Assembly (NCBI GenBank): GCA_041661925.1
Contig: JBAZTM010000008.1
Location: forward strand, 1,128 to 65,127
Reading direction: 5' to 3'
DNA length: 64,000 bases
Source: Gemmatimonadaceae bacterium
GTDB lineage: Bacteria > Gemmatimonadota > Gemmatimonadetes > Gemmatimonadales > Gemmatimonadaceae
A model generated the notes under the pieces. That model was given only the letters and a program-made list of their open reading frames with translations. It had not been told where the DNA came from and ran no database searches. Each line of letters starts with the position of its first letter. Position 1 is the stretch's first letter. Below are positions 11,480 through 20,499 of this stretch, one piece after another. Both the position numbers and the translations under genes were made by a program.

Positions 11480-13735
11480 ATGCGCCTGATCCGCGCGCTA
11501 GTTCTTGCTTTCCTCGCCGGCCTCGGCGTCAACGAGGTCCGTGCCCAGCAGCCCGTCCCGCGACTCGACGGACCCTACGTGCGGCTCGTGCTCGACGCCG
11601 TCCACGGTGGCATTCGTCGTCTCGAGTCGGCGTCCGGACAGGAGGTGGCGGTTCCGACGAGCGAGGCGCTCGGGCTCTTCGTTTTGGAGCGCGCGCCGGG
11701 GCAGGCGCCCATTGAGGCCGCGAGCGCATCGCGCTTCACCTGGTCGCGCATCGATGGGGTGCGGCCGAGGCTGAACCTGCAGTGGGAGGGATTCCGCGAC
11801 TATCCGACACTGCGTGTTCGCGCGACGGTTCACGCCGAGGACGACTCCACGACGGCGTGGCACATCGCCGTGGAGGGGATGGAAGGCGTCGGAATCGAAC
11901 GCGTGCTCTACCCGCGGCTCGGCGGGATTGGCCTCACCGAGATGGCCGAGCTCTCCGTGCCGCTCTGGATGGGGCAGCGCGCCAAGGACCCGCGAAACCT
12001 GCTGTCTGGACCTGACGGCAAGGGGCGCCGCTTCGAGTGGGGCTATCCGGGCCAGCTCTCCTTCCAGATGATCGCGCTGACGCGCGGCGCCACCGCCGGG
12101 CTTTACGTGGCGACGGACGATTCGCTGGCGTACCGGAAATCGTTCATCATGTCCGGCGACCAGGAGGGGTACGGTCGCATCGAGATTGCGCATCAACTGG
12201 CCGACCCCGCGAAGGCCACGCGCTACGAACCGACCTACGCGGTGAAGCTCGGCGTGGTGCACGGCACGTGGATGCACGCCGCCGAACGGTATCGCGCGTG
12301 GGGCGAGCGGCAGGCGTGGGCGCGCAACAGTCGCGTGGCGCGCGGCACCGCAACGCCGTGGATGCGCGAGACGGGCGTCTGGGTGTGGAACCGCGGACGC
12401 GCGTCGCAGGTGCTCGACCCGGCCATCACGCTGCGCCAGATGGTGGGACTCCCTGTGAGCGTCTTCTGGCACTGGTGGCATGCGGGACCGTACGACACGT
12501 CGTTCCCCGACTACCTGCCGCCGCGTGACGGCGTCGGTCCGTTCACCGCCGCGGTCAAGAAGGCGCACGCCGCCGACGTCCGCGCCATCGTCTACATGAA
12601 CCAGCGACTCTGGTGCGTGCAGACGCCGAGCTGGAAGAACGAGAATGCTGAGCGCTACGCGGTGCGCGAGCGCGACGGCAAGGTGCGGCTGGAGACGTAC
12701 ATGGTGTTCGACCCGTCGCCCTGCGCGCCCATGGACATCGCGACGAAGTTCTGGCGCGACAAGTACGCCGGCATCGCCGATACGGTGGTGCAGCAGTACG
12801 GCATCGACGGCATCTACATGGACCAGGCCGTGCTGAGCCTTGCCTGCTGGTCGCCCGACCACGGGCATCCGGTGGGCGGCGGTCACTACTGGATGGACGG
12901 CTTCCGCACGCTTGCGGCCGATATGCGCCGGCGCAACGGCGCGTCGCTCGGCCTCGCCGGTGAAGGCGGCGGCGAAAGTTGGCTGCCGGACCTCGACGCG
13001 TTCCTTACGCTGCAGGTGAGCCAGGAGCGCTACAGTGACCCGGCGAGCGGGTGGGATCCGCTGCCGATGTTCCAGGCCGTCTACCATCACCACGCCATCA
13101 CGTACGGCACGTACGGGTCGCTCACGTACCCGCCGTACGACGAGATGTGGCCCGACTCCACGCGACCGGCGAACGCACTGACGCTGCTCGACGCGAAGTA
13201 CCGCCGCCAGTTTCTGATGGAACAGGCGCGCATGTTCGTGTGGGGGATGCAGCCGACCATCGCGAACCTGCTGCCGGAGCAGTTCACCCAGCGCGCGGGG
13301 GAGATTGACTACCTCATGCGGCTGGCGCGCATCCGGCACGCCCATCGGGAGTGGCTGCAGGACGGCTCGTTCGTGATTCCGCCGGCGTCCAACGCCCCCG
13401 ACCTGAACTTTACGGGGTCGCGCATTTCCATTTACGCGGCGCGGCGCGGCGGTGCCACCGAAGCGGCGCTGCGCGCACCGGCGGTGCTGACGGGCGCGTG
13501 GCGCGCGTCCAACGGGCAGGTCGCCATTGCGCTCGCCAGCATCGACGACACAGCGCATCACGTGCGGCTGACGCTCGATCCGACACGGCATGGGACGCAG
13601 CGCGGCGCCGCGCTCTGGCGCGTGGACGCATCCGGGAAGAAGCAGGTCGGAACGCTGGCCGCTGGCGCGCGCGAACTGACCGTTGATGTCGCGGCGCTGG
13701 AGGGGGTGCTGCTGATTATCGAACCGGGGCGGTAA
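11480..13735 (+). CDS. Large secreted protein of unknown function, possibly a TIM-barrel glycoside hydrolase-like enzyme
   Basis: ORF 11411..13735. ATG 11480 starts a signal peptide (MRLIRALVLAFLAGLGVNEVRAQ). Internal blocks (WWHAGPYDTSFPDY, GIDGIYMDQA) resemble glycosidase barrels. The product assignment is weak. Confidence 0.6.
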   Translation: MRLIRALVLAFLAGLGVNEVRAQQPVPRLDGPYVRLVLDAVHGGIRRLESASGQEVAVPTSEALGLFVLERAPGQAPIEAASASRFTWSRIDGVRPRLNLQWEGFRDYPTLRVRATVHAEDDSTTAWHIAVEGMEGVGIERVLYPRLGGIGLTEMAELSVPLWMGQRAKDPRNLLSGPDGKGRRFEWGYPGQLSFQMIALTRGATAGLYVATDDSLAYRKSFIMSGDQEGYGRIEIAHQLADPAKATRYEPTYAVKLGVVHGTWMHAAERYRAWGERQAWARNSRVARGTATPWMRETGVWVWNRGRASQVLDPAITLRQMVGLPVSVFWHWWHAGPYDTSFPDYLPPRDGVGPFTAAVKKAHAADVRAIVYMNQRLWCVQTPSWKNENAERYAVRERDGKVRLETYMVFDPSPCAPMDIATKFWRDKYAGIADTVVQQYGIDGIYMDQAVLSLACWSPDHGHPVGGGHYWMDGFRTLAADMRRRNGASLGLAGEGGGESWLPDLDAFLTLQVSQERYSDPASGWDPLPMFQAVYHHHAITYGTYGSLTYPPYDEMWPDSTRPANALTLLDAKYRRQFLMEQARMFVWGMQPTIANLLPEQFTQRAGEIDYLMRLARIRHAHREWLQDGSFVIPPASNAPDLNFTGSRISIYAARRGGATEAALRAPAVLTGAWRASNGQVAIALASIDDTAHHVRLTLDPTRHGTQRGAALWRVDASGKKQVGTLAAGARELTVDVAALEGVLLIIEPGR

Positions 13736-13756
13736 CGACAGCTATTATCACGAAGA

Positions 13757-13790
13757 ACGAAGGGGCGCGAAGCTGGTCGCGCCCTTCGTA
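13757..13790. terminator. GC-rich hairpin between convergent genes
   Basis: ACGAAGGGGCGCGA-AGCTGG-TCGCGCCCTTCGT, a 13-14-bp stem. Confidence 0.55.
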
Positions 13791-13805
13791 CTTCGCGGCG
13801 GTCGT

Positions 13806-14363
13806 TCAGGTATTCCGTGGCAGCAGTAGGTCCTCGAGAAAGAACGCCGCCAACTCTGCTCGCCCGGCCAGTCCCGACTTCTGGTAGACCGTCACGGCGT
13901 GCTGCCGCACCGTGCGTTCGCTGCGCTGCGTGGCGCCGGCGATCTGCTTGTGGCCGTACCCCTTGAGGATCAGGAGCGCGACCTCGCGCTCTGACGGCGT
14001 GAGCTTCCACCCGTCGAACTGCTGGTCAATCGCCACGCCGAGGCCGGCCAATGCCGCCTGCGCGCTCTCGCGCCATTGGTCGCGTTCGGCTTGCAGCGTG
14101 GCGTGCCGCAACTCGAAGGCCCGCCGCGCCGCGCGGAGCGACTGCGACGCGCGACGCCAGCCACGCCAGAGCCAGCCGGCGAAGGAGAGGCTCACGGCCA
14201 TCATTCCGACTTCGAAAATGACGTGCGTCGAGAGCCAGCTTGTGGGCCGGTCGAGCGCGAGGTCGATGCCGCCGCCTACCGCGACGAGGATCAGGACTGC
14301 GGCCACCACGAGCGGGAGTGCGCCAGCGCTCCCCTCCTCATCGGTCAGAAACGAGTCATCCAT
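13806..14363 (-). CDS. Membrane-anchored LuxR-family HTH regulator
   Basis: The C-terminus (LTPSEREVALLILKGYGHKQIAGATQRSERTVRQHAVTVYQKSGL) is a LuxR/GerE HTH. Two TM helices lie upstream. The start is set at MDDSFL (ATG 14363). Confidence 0.8.
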   Translation of the reverse strand: MDDSFLTDEEGSAGALPLVVAAVLILVAVGGGIDLALDRPTSWLSTHVIFEVGMMAVSLSFAGWLWRGWRRASQSLRAARRAFELRHATLQAERDQWRESAQAALAGLGVAIDQQFDGWKLTPSEREVALLILKGYGHKQIAGATQRSERTVRQHAVTVYQKSGLAGRAELAAFFLEDLLLPRNT

Positions 14364-14506
14364 ACCTAACGCTACGCCACGCAACGCCTTGGGCGCTATC
14401 CGGCATTTGACGGATGTCACTTGTCCATGGAATAATGGACACATGACGGATGGTGAGGCCCCCTCGCCTGGCTCATTCTCCGCCTGAACCTCAACAGGAG
14501 AATGTC

Positions 14507-15061
14507 GTGCTGCCCGATCCGATGCATCCCATCGTTGTGCACTTCCCGGTCGTCCTCTCCGTCCTGCTCCCGATTGTCGCACTGGTCTCGCTGTACGCCA
14601 TCAAGGGTGGCGCCCGTCCGCTGCGTGCGTGGGGAACGGCGGTCGCCGTGGCGGCGGCCCTGACCTTGAGCTCTTGGGTGGCCGTGGAGACGGGTGAACA
14701 GCAAGAGGAGCGGGTGGAGGATGTGGTCGGCGAGGCGCGGCTCGACACGCACGCCGGTGCAGGGCAGACGCTGCTCTACACATCCGTGGGTGTGCTCGCA
14801 GTGCTCGCACTCGGCCTGATGCCAGGGGACAAAGGGCGCGTGGCGCGTTACGCCGGCGCGGTCGGAACGCTCGCCGTGGCGGGGATGGCATTCCGCGTGG
14901 GAATGACCGGCGGCGATCTGGTCTACAAGTATGACGCCGCGTCAGCCTACACGGCGCCCGGAGGGGCAGCCGGCGAGGGCGGGGCGGCCGCAAACGACGC
15001 GCCAGGCGAGAACGGTGAGTCGGGCGAGAAGGGAGAGGCCAGCGAGAAGGGCGAACGATAG
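14507..15061 (+). CDS. DUF2231-like membrane protein
   Basis: HPIVVHFPVVL motif and four TM segments. GTG 14507 lies 6 nt after AGGAG. The C-terminal tail is low-complexity and E/G-rich. Confidence 0.65.
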   Translation: MLPDPMHPIVVHFPVVLSVLLPIVALVSLYAIKGGARPLRAWGTAVAVAAALTLSSWVAVETGEQQEERVEDVVGEARLDTHAGAGQTLLYTSVGVLAVLALGLMPGDKGRVARYAGAVGTLAVAGMAFRVGMTGGDLVYKYDAASAYTAPGGAAGEGGAAANDAPGENGESGEKGEASEKGER

Positions 15062-16203
15062 CGCTGGCAGTCCGCGAGCAGTTCGCGAATTGGCTTGCTG
15101 CCCGGCTTCAATCGCCACCGTCCCACTCCAACGGAATCGGCAGCGCCGGCCGCTACTCGGCATGCGGGTGGCGCGCCGGCGACGACCACGTCGAAGAAGT
15201 CGGCCAGCGCCGCGCTGGCCCAGCGCACGGCATGTCGCGCGCTGAGGAACGCGAAGAGGGCAGGGTCCGCACGCGCTCCTCGCGTATCATCCACGAGTTC
15301 GATTCCGATGAGCGGGTGCCCGCGCCGCGTGATCCCTGAGGCGCGGCGTTCGCGATTCACCAGCGCCGACGCCCCCAACAGATAATCGCTGGCCGAACCA
15401 TACAAGGCGACCCGCAGCGCGAGATCAGGCAGGTACGGGGCGAACTCATTGCGGAATCGATCCGCCCCCACGTCCGGCGAGAAGATGCCGAAGGCGCGCA
15501 ACGGGTGCGCAGTGAGCATCGCGCGATTTGCCGTGTCGGTGACCGTTCCGGCGAGCGCGACGCGCGTTCCCATCGAATGCGCGAGGAGCACCACGTCCGA
15601 CGCGACGCCCTGCACGTCTCGCAATGCCTCCGCGAACGCCGGGCCGCTGCGTGCGGCGGCAACAGCATCCTGGCGATACGTCGAGATCGGCGAGCGGAAC
15701 GTCCGCTTCATATCGTGTGCCGGCCAGAGGAACAGGACCAGCGGTCCGTTGTGGTCGCCGCGCGCCTTGACCTGCACTCCTTGATTCGTGGCGGCGGCCG
15801 GGCTCGAAGCGTACCCGTGCACATAGATCAGCACGGCCCCCTCGGCCGACGTGTCGCGCCCAGCCGCAATGCCGAGGCGATCGCGCCACGAGGTCTCGTC
15901 AAGCGCGACGGAGTCCACGCGGCGCACTCCCAGTTTGGCGAGTTCCGGCATCTTCCCGGGGCTCGTGGTGATGCGCACTACATATTGGCCGTGCCAGAGT
16001 GAGTCCGTGGCATTGCGTGTGAATCCTCGCGCGGTCCGACGGCGATTGGAGACGACGAAGACGGTGTCGAACGAGGTGTCGGCCGGAGCCTGCGCCGGGT
16101 GTATTCCGAACGCTTCGCGCAGCGCACCCCGCGAACACGCGGCAGGAAGACCGCCGAATGCTGCCGCCACGGCCAGTGCAGCGAGGAGACGGAGCGCTTT
16201 CAT
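14947..16203 (-). CDS. Alpha/beta hydrolase lipoprotein (DUF900-like)
   Basis: Lipobox (LPAACS), IYVHGYASS, and the nucleophile elbow AHSMGT. Its ATG overlaps the stop of the upstream kinase gene (ATGA). Confidence 0.8.
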   Translation of the reverse strand: MKALRLLAALAVAAAFGGLPAACSRGALREAFGIHPAQAPADTSFDTVFVVSNRRRTARGFTRNATDSLWHGQYVVRITTSPGKMPELAKLGVRRVDSVALDETSWRDRLGIAAGRDTSAEGAVLIYVHGYASSPAAATNQGVQVKARGDHNGPLVLFLWPAHDMKRTFRSPISTYRQDAVAAARSGPAFAEALRDVQGVASDVVLLAHSMGTRVALAGTVTDTANRAMLTAHPLRAFGIFSPDVGADRFRNEFAPYLPDLALRVALYGSASDYLLGASALVNRERRASGITRRGHPLIGIELVDDTRGARADPALFAFLSARHAVRWASAALADFFDVVVAGAPPACRVAAGAADSVGVGRWRLKPGSKPIRELLADCQRYRSPFSLASPFSPDSPFSPGASFAAAPPSPAAPPGAV

Positions 16204-17282
16204 GCGAGGTGCGAAATGCGGCCGGCGTCAATGGCGCGCGTGGCGAGCGCGCCGAGCGCGGCCACCGCGGAGTCGAGTGCGGCGAACCGCGGATCCCGTG
16301 TATGGCCGGCCACGTACCGGGCGAAGATCTGCTGCGCGATCACCGCCACTTTGAAGAGCCCGAAGGCGAGCAGCCAGACCGGATCGCCGGCGCTACGGCC
16401 GGTGGAGGCCTCCCATGCAGCGACCACCTGTTCGCGCGTCCAGTTGCCGGGAAGGGACGTGACACCGATGCCGAGTTGGAGTACGGTCGGCGGATCATCG
16501 GCCTCAACCCAGTAGCCGAGCGTGGTGGCGACGTCGAGGCGCGGATCGCCGATGGTGGCCATCTCCCAGTCGAGCACCGCGCGCACGCGCGTCGGATCGG
16601 CGGGGTCGAGCACGAGGTTGTCGAACTTGAAGTCGTTGTGCACGAGCGTCGCCGCGTCGGGGGGCGGTGCGTGTTCGGCGAGCCACCCGATGACGCGCTC
16701 GATGTTGGGCTCGTCGCCGGTTCGCGCCGTCGCCCAGCGCTTGGACCAGCCGGCGACCTGGCGTTCCACGTATCCCTCTGGGCGCCCGAGTGCCTCGAGG
16801 CCCGGCACGCGCCAGTTCACCGCATGCAGGCCGGCCAGCGTGTGCACCGCCGCTGCCGAGAGCGCCCGCAGCTGCGACGCGCCGAAGGAGAGCGACTCGG
16901 GGAGCGTACCGCGAACAATCAGTCCGCGCACGCGCTCCATCACGAAGAACGGCGCGCCGATGACGCCCACGTCTTCGCACAGCGCCACAACGGCCGGTAC
17001 GCGCCGGTACGCCGGCCGCAGCGCCTCGAGCAGCCGGCCCTCGCGCAGCACGTCGTGCGCGACGCCGGGCTTCACGCCAAATGGCGGGCGTCGCAGCACG
17101 TACTCGTCGCCGCCGGCGCGCACGAGGTACGTGAGATTGGAGAAACCCCGCGGGAACTGCTCCACCTCCATCGCGTGGACATGGCCGATGGCGCTCTCCC
17201 ACCAGGCGCGCAGCGCGTCCAGGGGAATGGACTCACCATCGCGAACTGGTGCTGCCGAGTCGAGGAGCGCGGCGTAGGACAA
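16200..17282 (-). CDS. APH-like phosphotransferase (kinase partner of the ACAD10/11-type dehydrogenase)
   Basis: SNLTYLV, HNDFKFDNLVL and VLDWEMATIGDP (APH/ChoK catalytic and Mg loops). The start codon is TTG and is uncertain. Confidence 0.85.
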   Translation of the reverse strand: MSYAALLDSAAPVRDGESIPLDALRAWWESAIGHVHAMEVEQFPRGFSNLTYLVRAGGDEYVLRRPPFGVKPGVAHDVLREGRLLEALRPAYRRVPAVVALCEDVGVIGAPFFVMERVRGLIVRGTLPESLSFGASQLRALSAAAVHTLAGLHAVNWRVPGLEALGRPEGYVERQVAGWSKRWATARTGDEPNIERVIGWLAEHAPPPDAATLVHNDFKFDNLVLDPADPTRVRAVLDWEMATIGDPRLDVATTLGYWVEADDPPTVLQLGIGVTSLPGNWTREQVVAAWEASTGRSAGDPVWLLAFGLFKVAVIAQQIFARYVAGHTRDPRFAALDSAVAALGALATRAIDAGRISHLA

Positions 17283-17287
17283 CGGCG

Positions 17288-17353
17288 GGATGGAGGAGGG
17301 GTGCAGGGGTGTGGTGAGGGGGGAGGAGTGGAGAGCGGAGGAGGGGGAGGAGG
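17288..17353 (+). repeat. G-rich dispersed repeat, 'type 1' unit, solo copy
   Basis: GGAGGAGGGGTGCAGGGGTGTGGTGAGGGGGGAGGAGTGGAGAGCGGAGGAGGGGGAGGAGG. It aligns with 46801-46872 and with the reverse complement of 48550-48617. Confidence 0.8.
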
Positions 17354-17355
17354 TT

Positions 17356-18537
17356 TCACCCGCGCGGCTTCACATACCGCTCGAGCGTATGCCTCGCCAC
17401 CGCATCCTTGTGTACCTCATCGGGGCCGTCGTAGATCCGCGCGGCGCGCTCGTGCGCCCACCAATTGGCCAGCGGTGTGGCGTCGGTGAGCCCGTAGCCG
17501 CCGTGCACCTGCAGGGCGCGGTCGAGCACGCGCTGCATCACCTGCGGCACGAAGTACTTGATCATCGAGATCTCGTCGCGCGACGCACGCTGCCCATCGC
17601 GTTCGAGGCGCTGCACGGTGTCTCGCACGAACAGTCGCGCGGCCTCCGTCTCGGCGCGGCTCTCGGCGATCCAGTGGCGCACCACCTGCTTGAGCGCGAG
17701 CGGCTCGCCCGGGGCGGTCTCACGTCGCAGGGCATAGCGACACATGAGGTCGATGGCCCGGTCGCAGATGCCGATCCACCGCATGCAGTGGTGCACGCGC
17801 CCCGGACCCAGCCGCTCCTGGGCCAGCATGAAACCCGTGCCTTCGGCGCCGATCATCGCCGACGCCGGCACGCGGCAGTCGGTGTAGGTGAGCTCGCCGT
17901 GGCTCGCGTAGCCCGCGCCGACGTGGCCCATGACCGGGATGTTGCGCACCAGCGCGTAGCCCGGCGTATCGGTGGGGACGATGAACATGGACGCACGATG
18001 GTGCGGCTTGGCCGCCGCGGGATTCGTCACCGCGAGCGTGACGCAGAACGACGCCCCCTCAGCTGACGAGGCGAACCACTTGCGGCCGTTGATGACCCAC
18101 GCGTCGCCATCGCGAATGGCAGTTGTGTCGAGCCAGACGGGGTTGGAGCCGGCGCGCGCCGGTTCGGTCATGCCGAAGCACGAACGGATGCGCCCTTCCG
18201 CGAGCGGCCGCAGGAATCGCTCACGCTGTTCCGGTGATCCGTGCGCGAGCAACAGTTCCATGTTGCCCACGTCGGGCGCCTGCGCATTGCAGGCGTAATG
18301 GCCCAGCGGCGTGCGGCCGAGGATGGCGCTCACCTCGGCGAACTCGGCGAGCGGCAAGGCAAGACCGCCCCACTGTGTGGGCAGGTGCGGCGCCCAGAGG
18401 CCGCGGTCGCGCGCTGCCTTGCGCGCCGCCTCCACCTGCGCCTCGATGGCGGGCCACGGATTGCTGAGCACCAGCGGCTCGAGCGGGAGCAGCACGTCGT
18501 CCACGAACGTGGCGTAGCGGGCAAGGAGATCAGACAT
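17356..18537 (-). CDS. Acyl-CoA dehydrogenase, ACAD10/11 (FadE2-like) type
   Basis: GMTEPARAGSNP...INGRKWFASS, and a C-terminal ACAD helix domain. Confidence 0.9.
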   Translation of the reverse strand: MSDLLARYATFVDDVLLPLEPLVLSNPWPAIEAQVEAARKAARDRGLWAPHLPTQWGGLALPLAEFAEVSAILGRTPLGHYACNAQAPDVGNMELLLAHGSPEQRERFLRPLAEGRIRSCFGMTEPARAGSNPVWLDTTAIRDGDAWVINGRKWFASSAEGASFCVTLAVTNPAAAKPHHRASMFIVPTDTPGYALVRNIPVMGHVGAGYASHGELTYTDCRVPASAMIGAEGTGFMLAQERLGPGRVHHCMRWIGICDRAIDLMCRYALRRETAPGEPLALKQVVRHWIAESRAETEAARLFVRDTVQRLERDGQRASRDEISMIKYFVPQVMQRVLDRALQVHGGYGLTDATPLANWWAHERAARIYDGPDEVHKDAVARHTLERYVKPRG

Positions 18538-18691
18538 GCGTGGAAGCTATGAATGAAGTCCGGACGACGCCACGACGGTGCCCTTTCCGGAAGCGGCGGC
18601 GCGCGTTACCTCTGTCGGGGCGCGCGCGCGGTCTTTTTGACGAAACGAATGACGGTGCGTGCGCGCGACCTTTTTTTCACAACGATCTTCC

Positions 18692-19498
18692 ATGCCGCAC
18701 CTGACCATAAACGGCGTCTCATTTCATTACGAGGACACGGGCGGACCCGACCCGGCGCTCGTCTTCAGCCACGACCTGCTGATGTCGTCGCGGATGTTCG
18801 CGGCGCAGGTGGCAGCGTTCAAGGGCCGGTTCCGCTGCATCACGTACGACCACCGCGGGCAGGGGCAGAGCAGCGATCCGGGCGGCCGCGCGCACGACAT
18901 GGACACGTGCTACCGCGACGCGGTGGCCGTCATCGAGGGACTCGATGCGCGCCCGTGTCACTTTGTGGGGCTCTCCATGGGCGGCTTCGTCGGCATGCGC
19001 CTTGCCGCGCGCCGGCCCGACCTGCTGTACTCGCTCTCCCTGCTCGAGACGTCGGCGGAACCGGAACCGGTGGAAAACGTCCCGAAGTACAACCGCCTCG
19101 CGATGGTGGCCGGGCTGTTCGGGACGCGCTGGGTGGTAGACCGCGTGATGCCGATTCTCTTCGGCCGCACGTTCATGAGCGCTTCCGCGAGGGCCGGGGA
19201 GCGGGAGTCGTGGCGCCGGGAGATCGCGTCGCGTCCGCGCACGATCGTGCGCGCAGTGCGCGGCGTCGTCGAGCGCGAGGGCGTCATGGAGGAGATCACC
19301 TCCATCCGGGTGCCCACGCTCGTGGTGGTTGGCGAGGAGGACACCGCCACGCCGCCGCCGAAGGCGCGCCGCATCCACGAGCACATTCCCGGGTCGCGGC
19401 TGGCCCGAATTGCGGCGGCCGGCCACTCGTGCACCATCGAGCAGCCGGCCGAGGTGACGCAGGTGCTCTCAGACTTCTTCTCGACGCTCCCGCAGTAG
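18692..19498 (+). CDS. Alpha/beta hydrolase (enol-lactonase/haloperoxidase-like)
   Basis: GLSMGG nucleophile elbow and a C-terminal AAGHSCTIEQP. The start is set at MPHLTINGVSFHYEDTG. Confidence 0.85.
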   Translation: MPHLTINGVSFHYEDTGGPDPALVFSHDLLMSSRMFAAQVAAFKGRFRCITYDHRGQGQSSDPGGRAHDMDTCYRDAVAVIEGLDARPCHFVGLSMGGFVGMRLAARRPDLLYSLSLLETSAEPEPVENVPKYNRLAMVAGLFGTRWVVDRVMPILFGRTFMSASARAGERESWRREIASRPRTIVRAVRGVVEREGVMEEITSIRVPTLVVVGEEDTATPPPKARRIHEHIPGSRLARIAAAGHSCTIEQPAEVTQVLSDFFSTLPQ

Positions 19499-20356
19499 GA
19501 GGCGGACGTCCCAGAGCGCGCGCTCGATGGCCGCCAGTCGGTCCTGATAGGCGCGCGCATGGCGCAGCAGGACGGTCACGCGATGCGAGCCGATGCCGCC
19601 GAGGAGAACGAGGACGGCCGTCAGCGTCAGCCAGAACATCAGCGGGTCGGGGCCGGCGGCGCCGCTCCATGGTCCGCCCTGGAGAAAGCTCGTCAGGAAG
19701 GTCGGGCCTGACAGCGTCACGACGAAGGCAATACCGAGCGTGGCAGCACCGAAGATGCCCGCGTGCAGGTACGCGAGCGCACGCATGCGGCGCGCCTCGG
19801 TGCGCTGGTTGCCCAGCAGGTCCGCCGCGTCCTCGAGTTCCGCCGGGGACATGGTCTCGAGCGGCGGTCGAATGAACGCCGACGGGTTCGCCACGCGCCA
19901 GGCCCACGAGCGCCGCTGACGCCGACGGCGCCGGCGTCGCGCGCCGGTGCCGGCCTCGTCGAGCTGTGAGAGGCGCTTCAGGATCTCCTGCTCGCGCGTG
20001 CGCGCAATGCGCACGCGTTCGCGCTGCCGGTCGTAGCGTCGCGCAAAGTACGCGCCGAGGGGGGTCGCGGTGCCCACGAGGATCAGCAGGCCCGTCATCT
20101 GCGTGAAGCGCGACTGCTGGTTCGCGATCCACTCGTCAGGCGCGAGCAGGTACACGACCATGGTGGCGACCACCGTGAGCGTGAGGACAAGCAAGGAGAG
20201 GAAGACCCACGCGCGTCGCTGCCGGAAGTTGATGCGCCCAATCAGGCGCCGATATTCCGTGCGGAGCGCCTCCACTTCGCGCTGCCGCAGCGCCTGATCA
20301 TCCTGGGCCTCGGGCACGAGAAACGACGTCGTTGAACTCGAACGGATTGGTCTCAC
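19469..20356 (-). CDS. Hypothetical membrane protein with a basic coiled-coil linker
   Basis: About four TM segments and an R-rich linker. No family recognised. Its 3' end overlaps the convergent hydrolase gene by 30 nt. Confidence 0.55.
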   Translation of the reverse strand: MRPIRSSSTTSFLVPEAQDDQALRQREVEALRTEYRRLIGRINFRQRRAWVFLSLLVLTLTVVATMVVYLLAPDEWIANQQSRFTQMTGLLILVGTATPLGAYFARRYDRQRERVRIARTREQEILKRLSQLDEAGTGARRRRRRRQRRSWAWRVANPSAFIRPPLETMSPAELEDAADLLGNQRTEARRMRALAYLHAGIFGAATLGIAFVVTLSGPTFLTSFLQGGPWSGAAGPDPLMFWLTLTAVLVLLGGIGSHRVTVLLRHARAYQDRLAAIERALWDVRLLLRERREEV

Positions 20357-20499
20357 GGAATTCCCTTCGTTGCGGCGCGCAATACGGACGCCCCCGCACG
20401 CGCGGGGGCAGGATCGTGCCCATCTCCCTCATAGTCGAAGACTGCGACGGCCAAGTCAACGAAACGACTGTCACTTTGTGATAGTTGTGCGCTGCGTCG

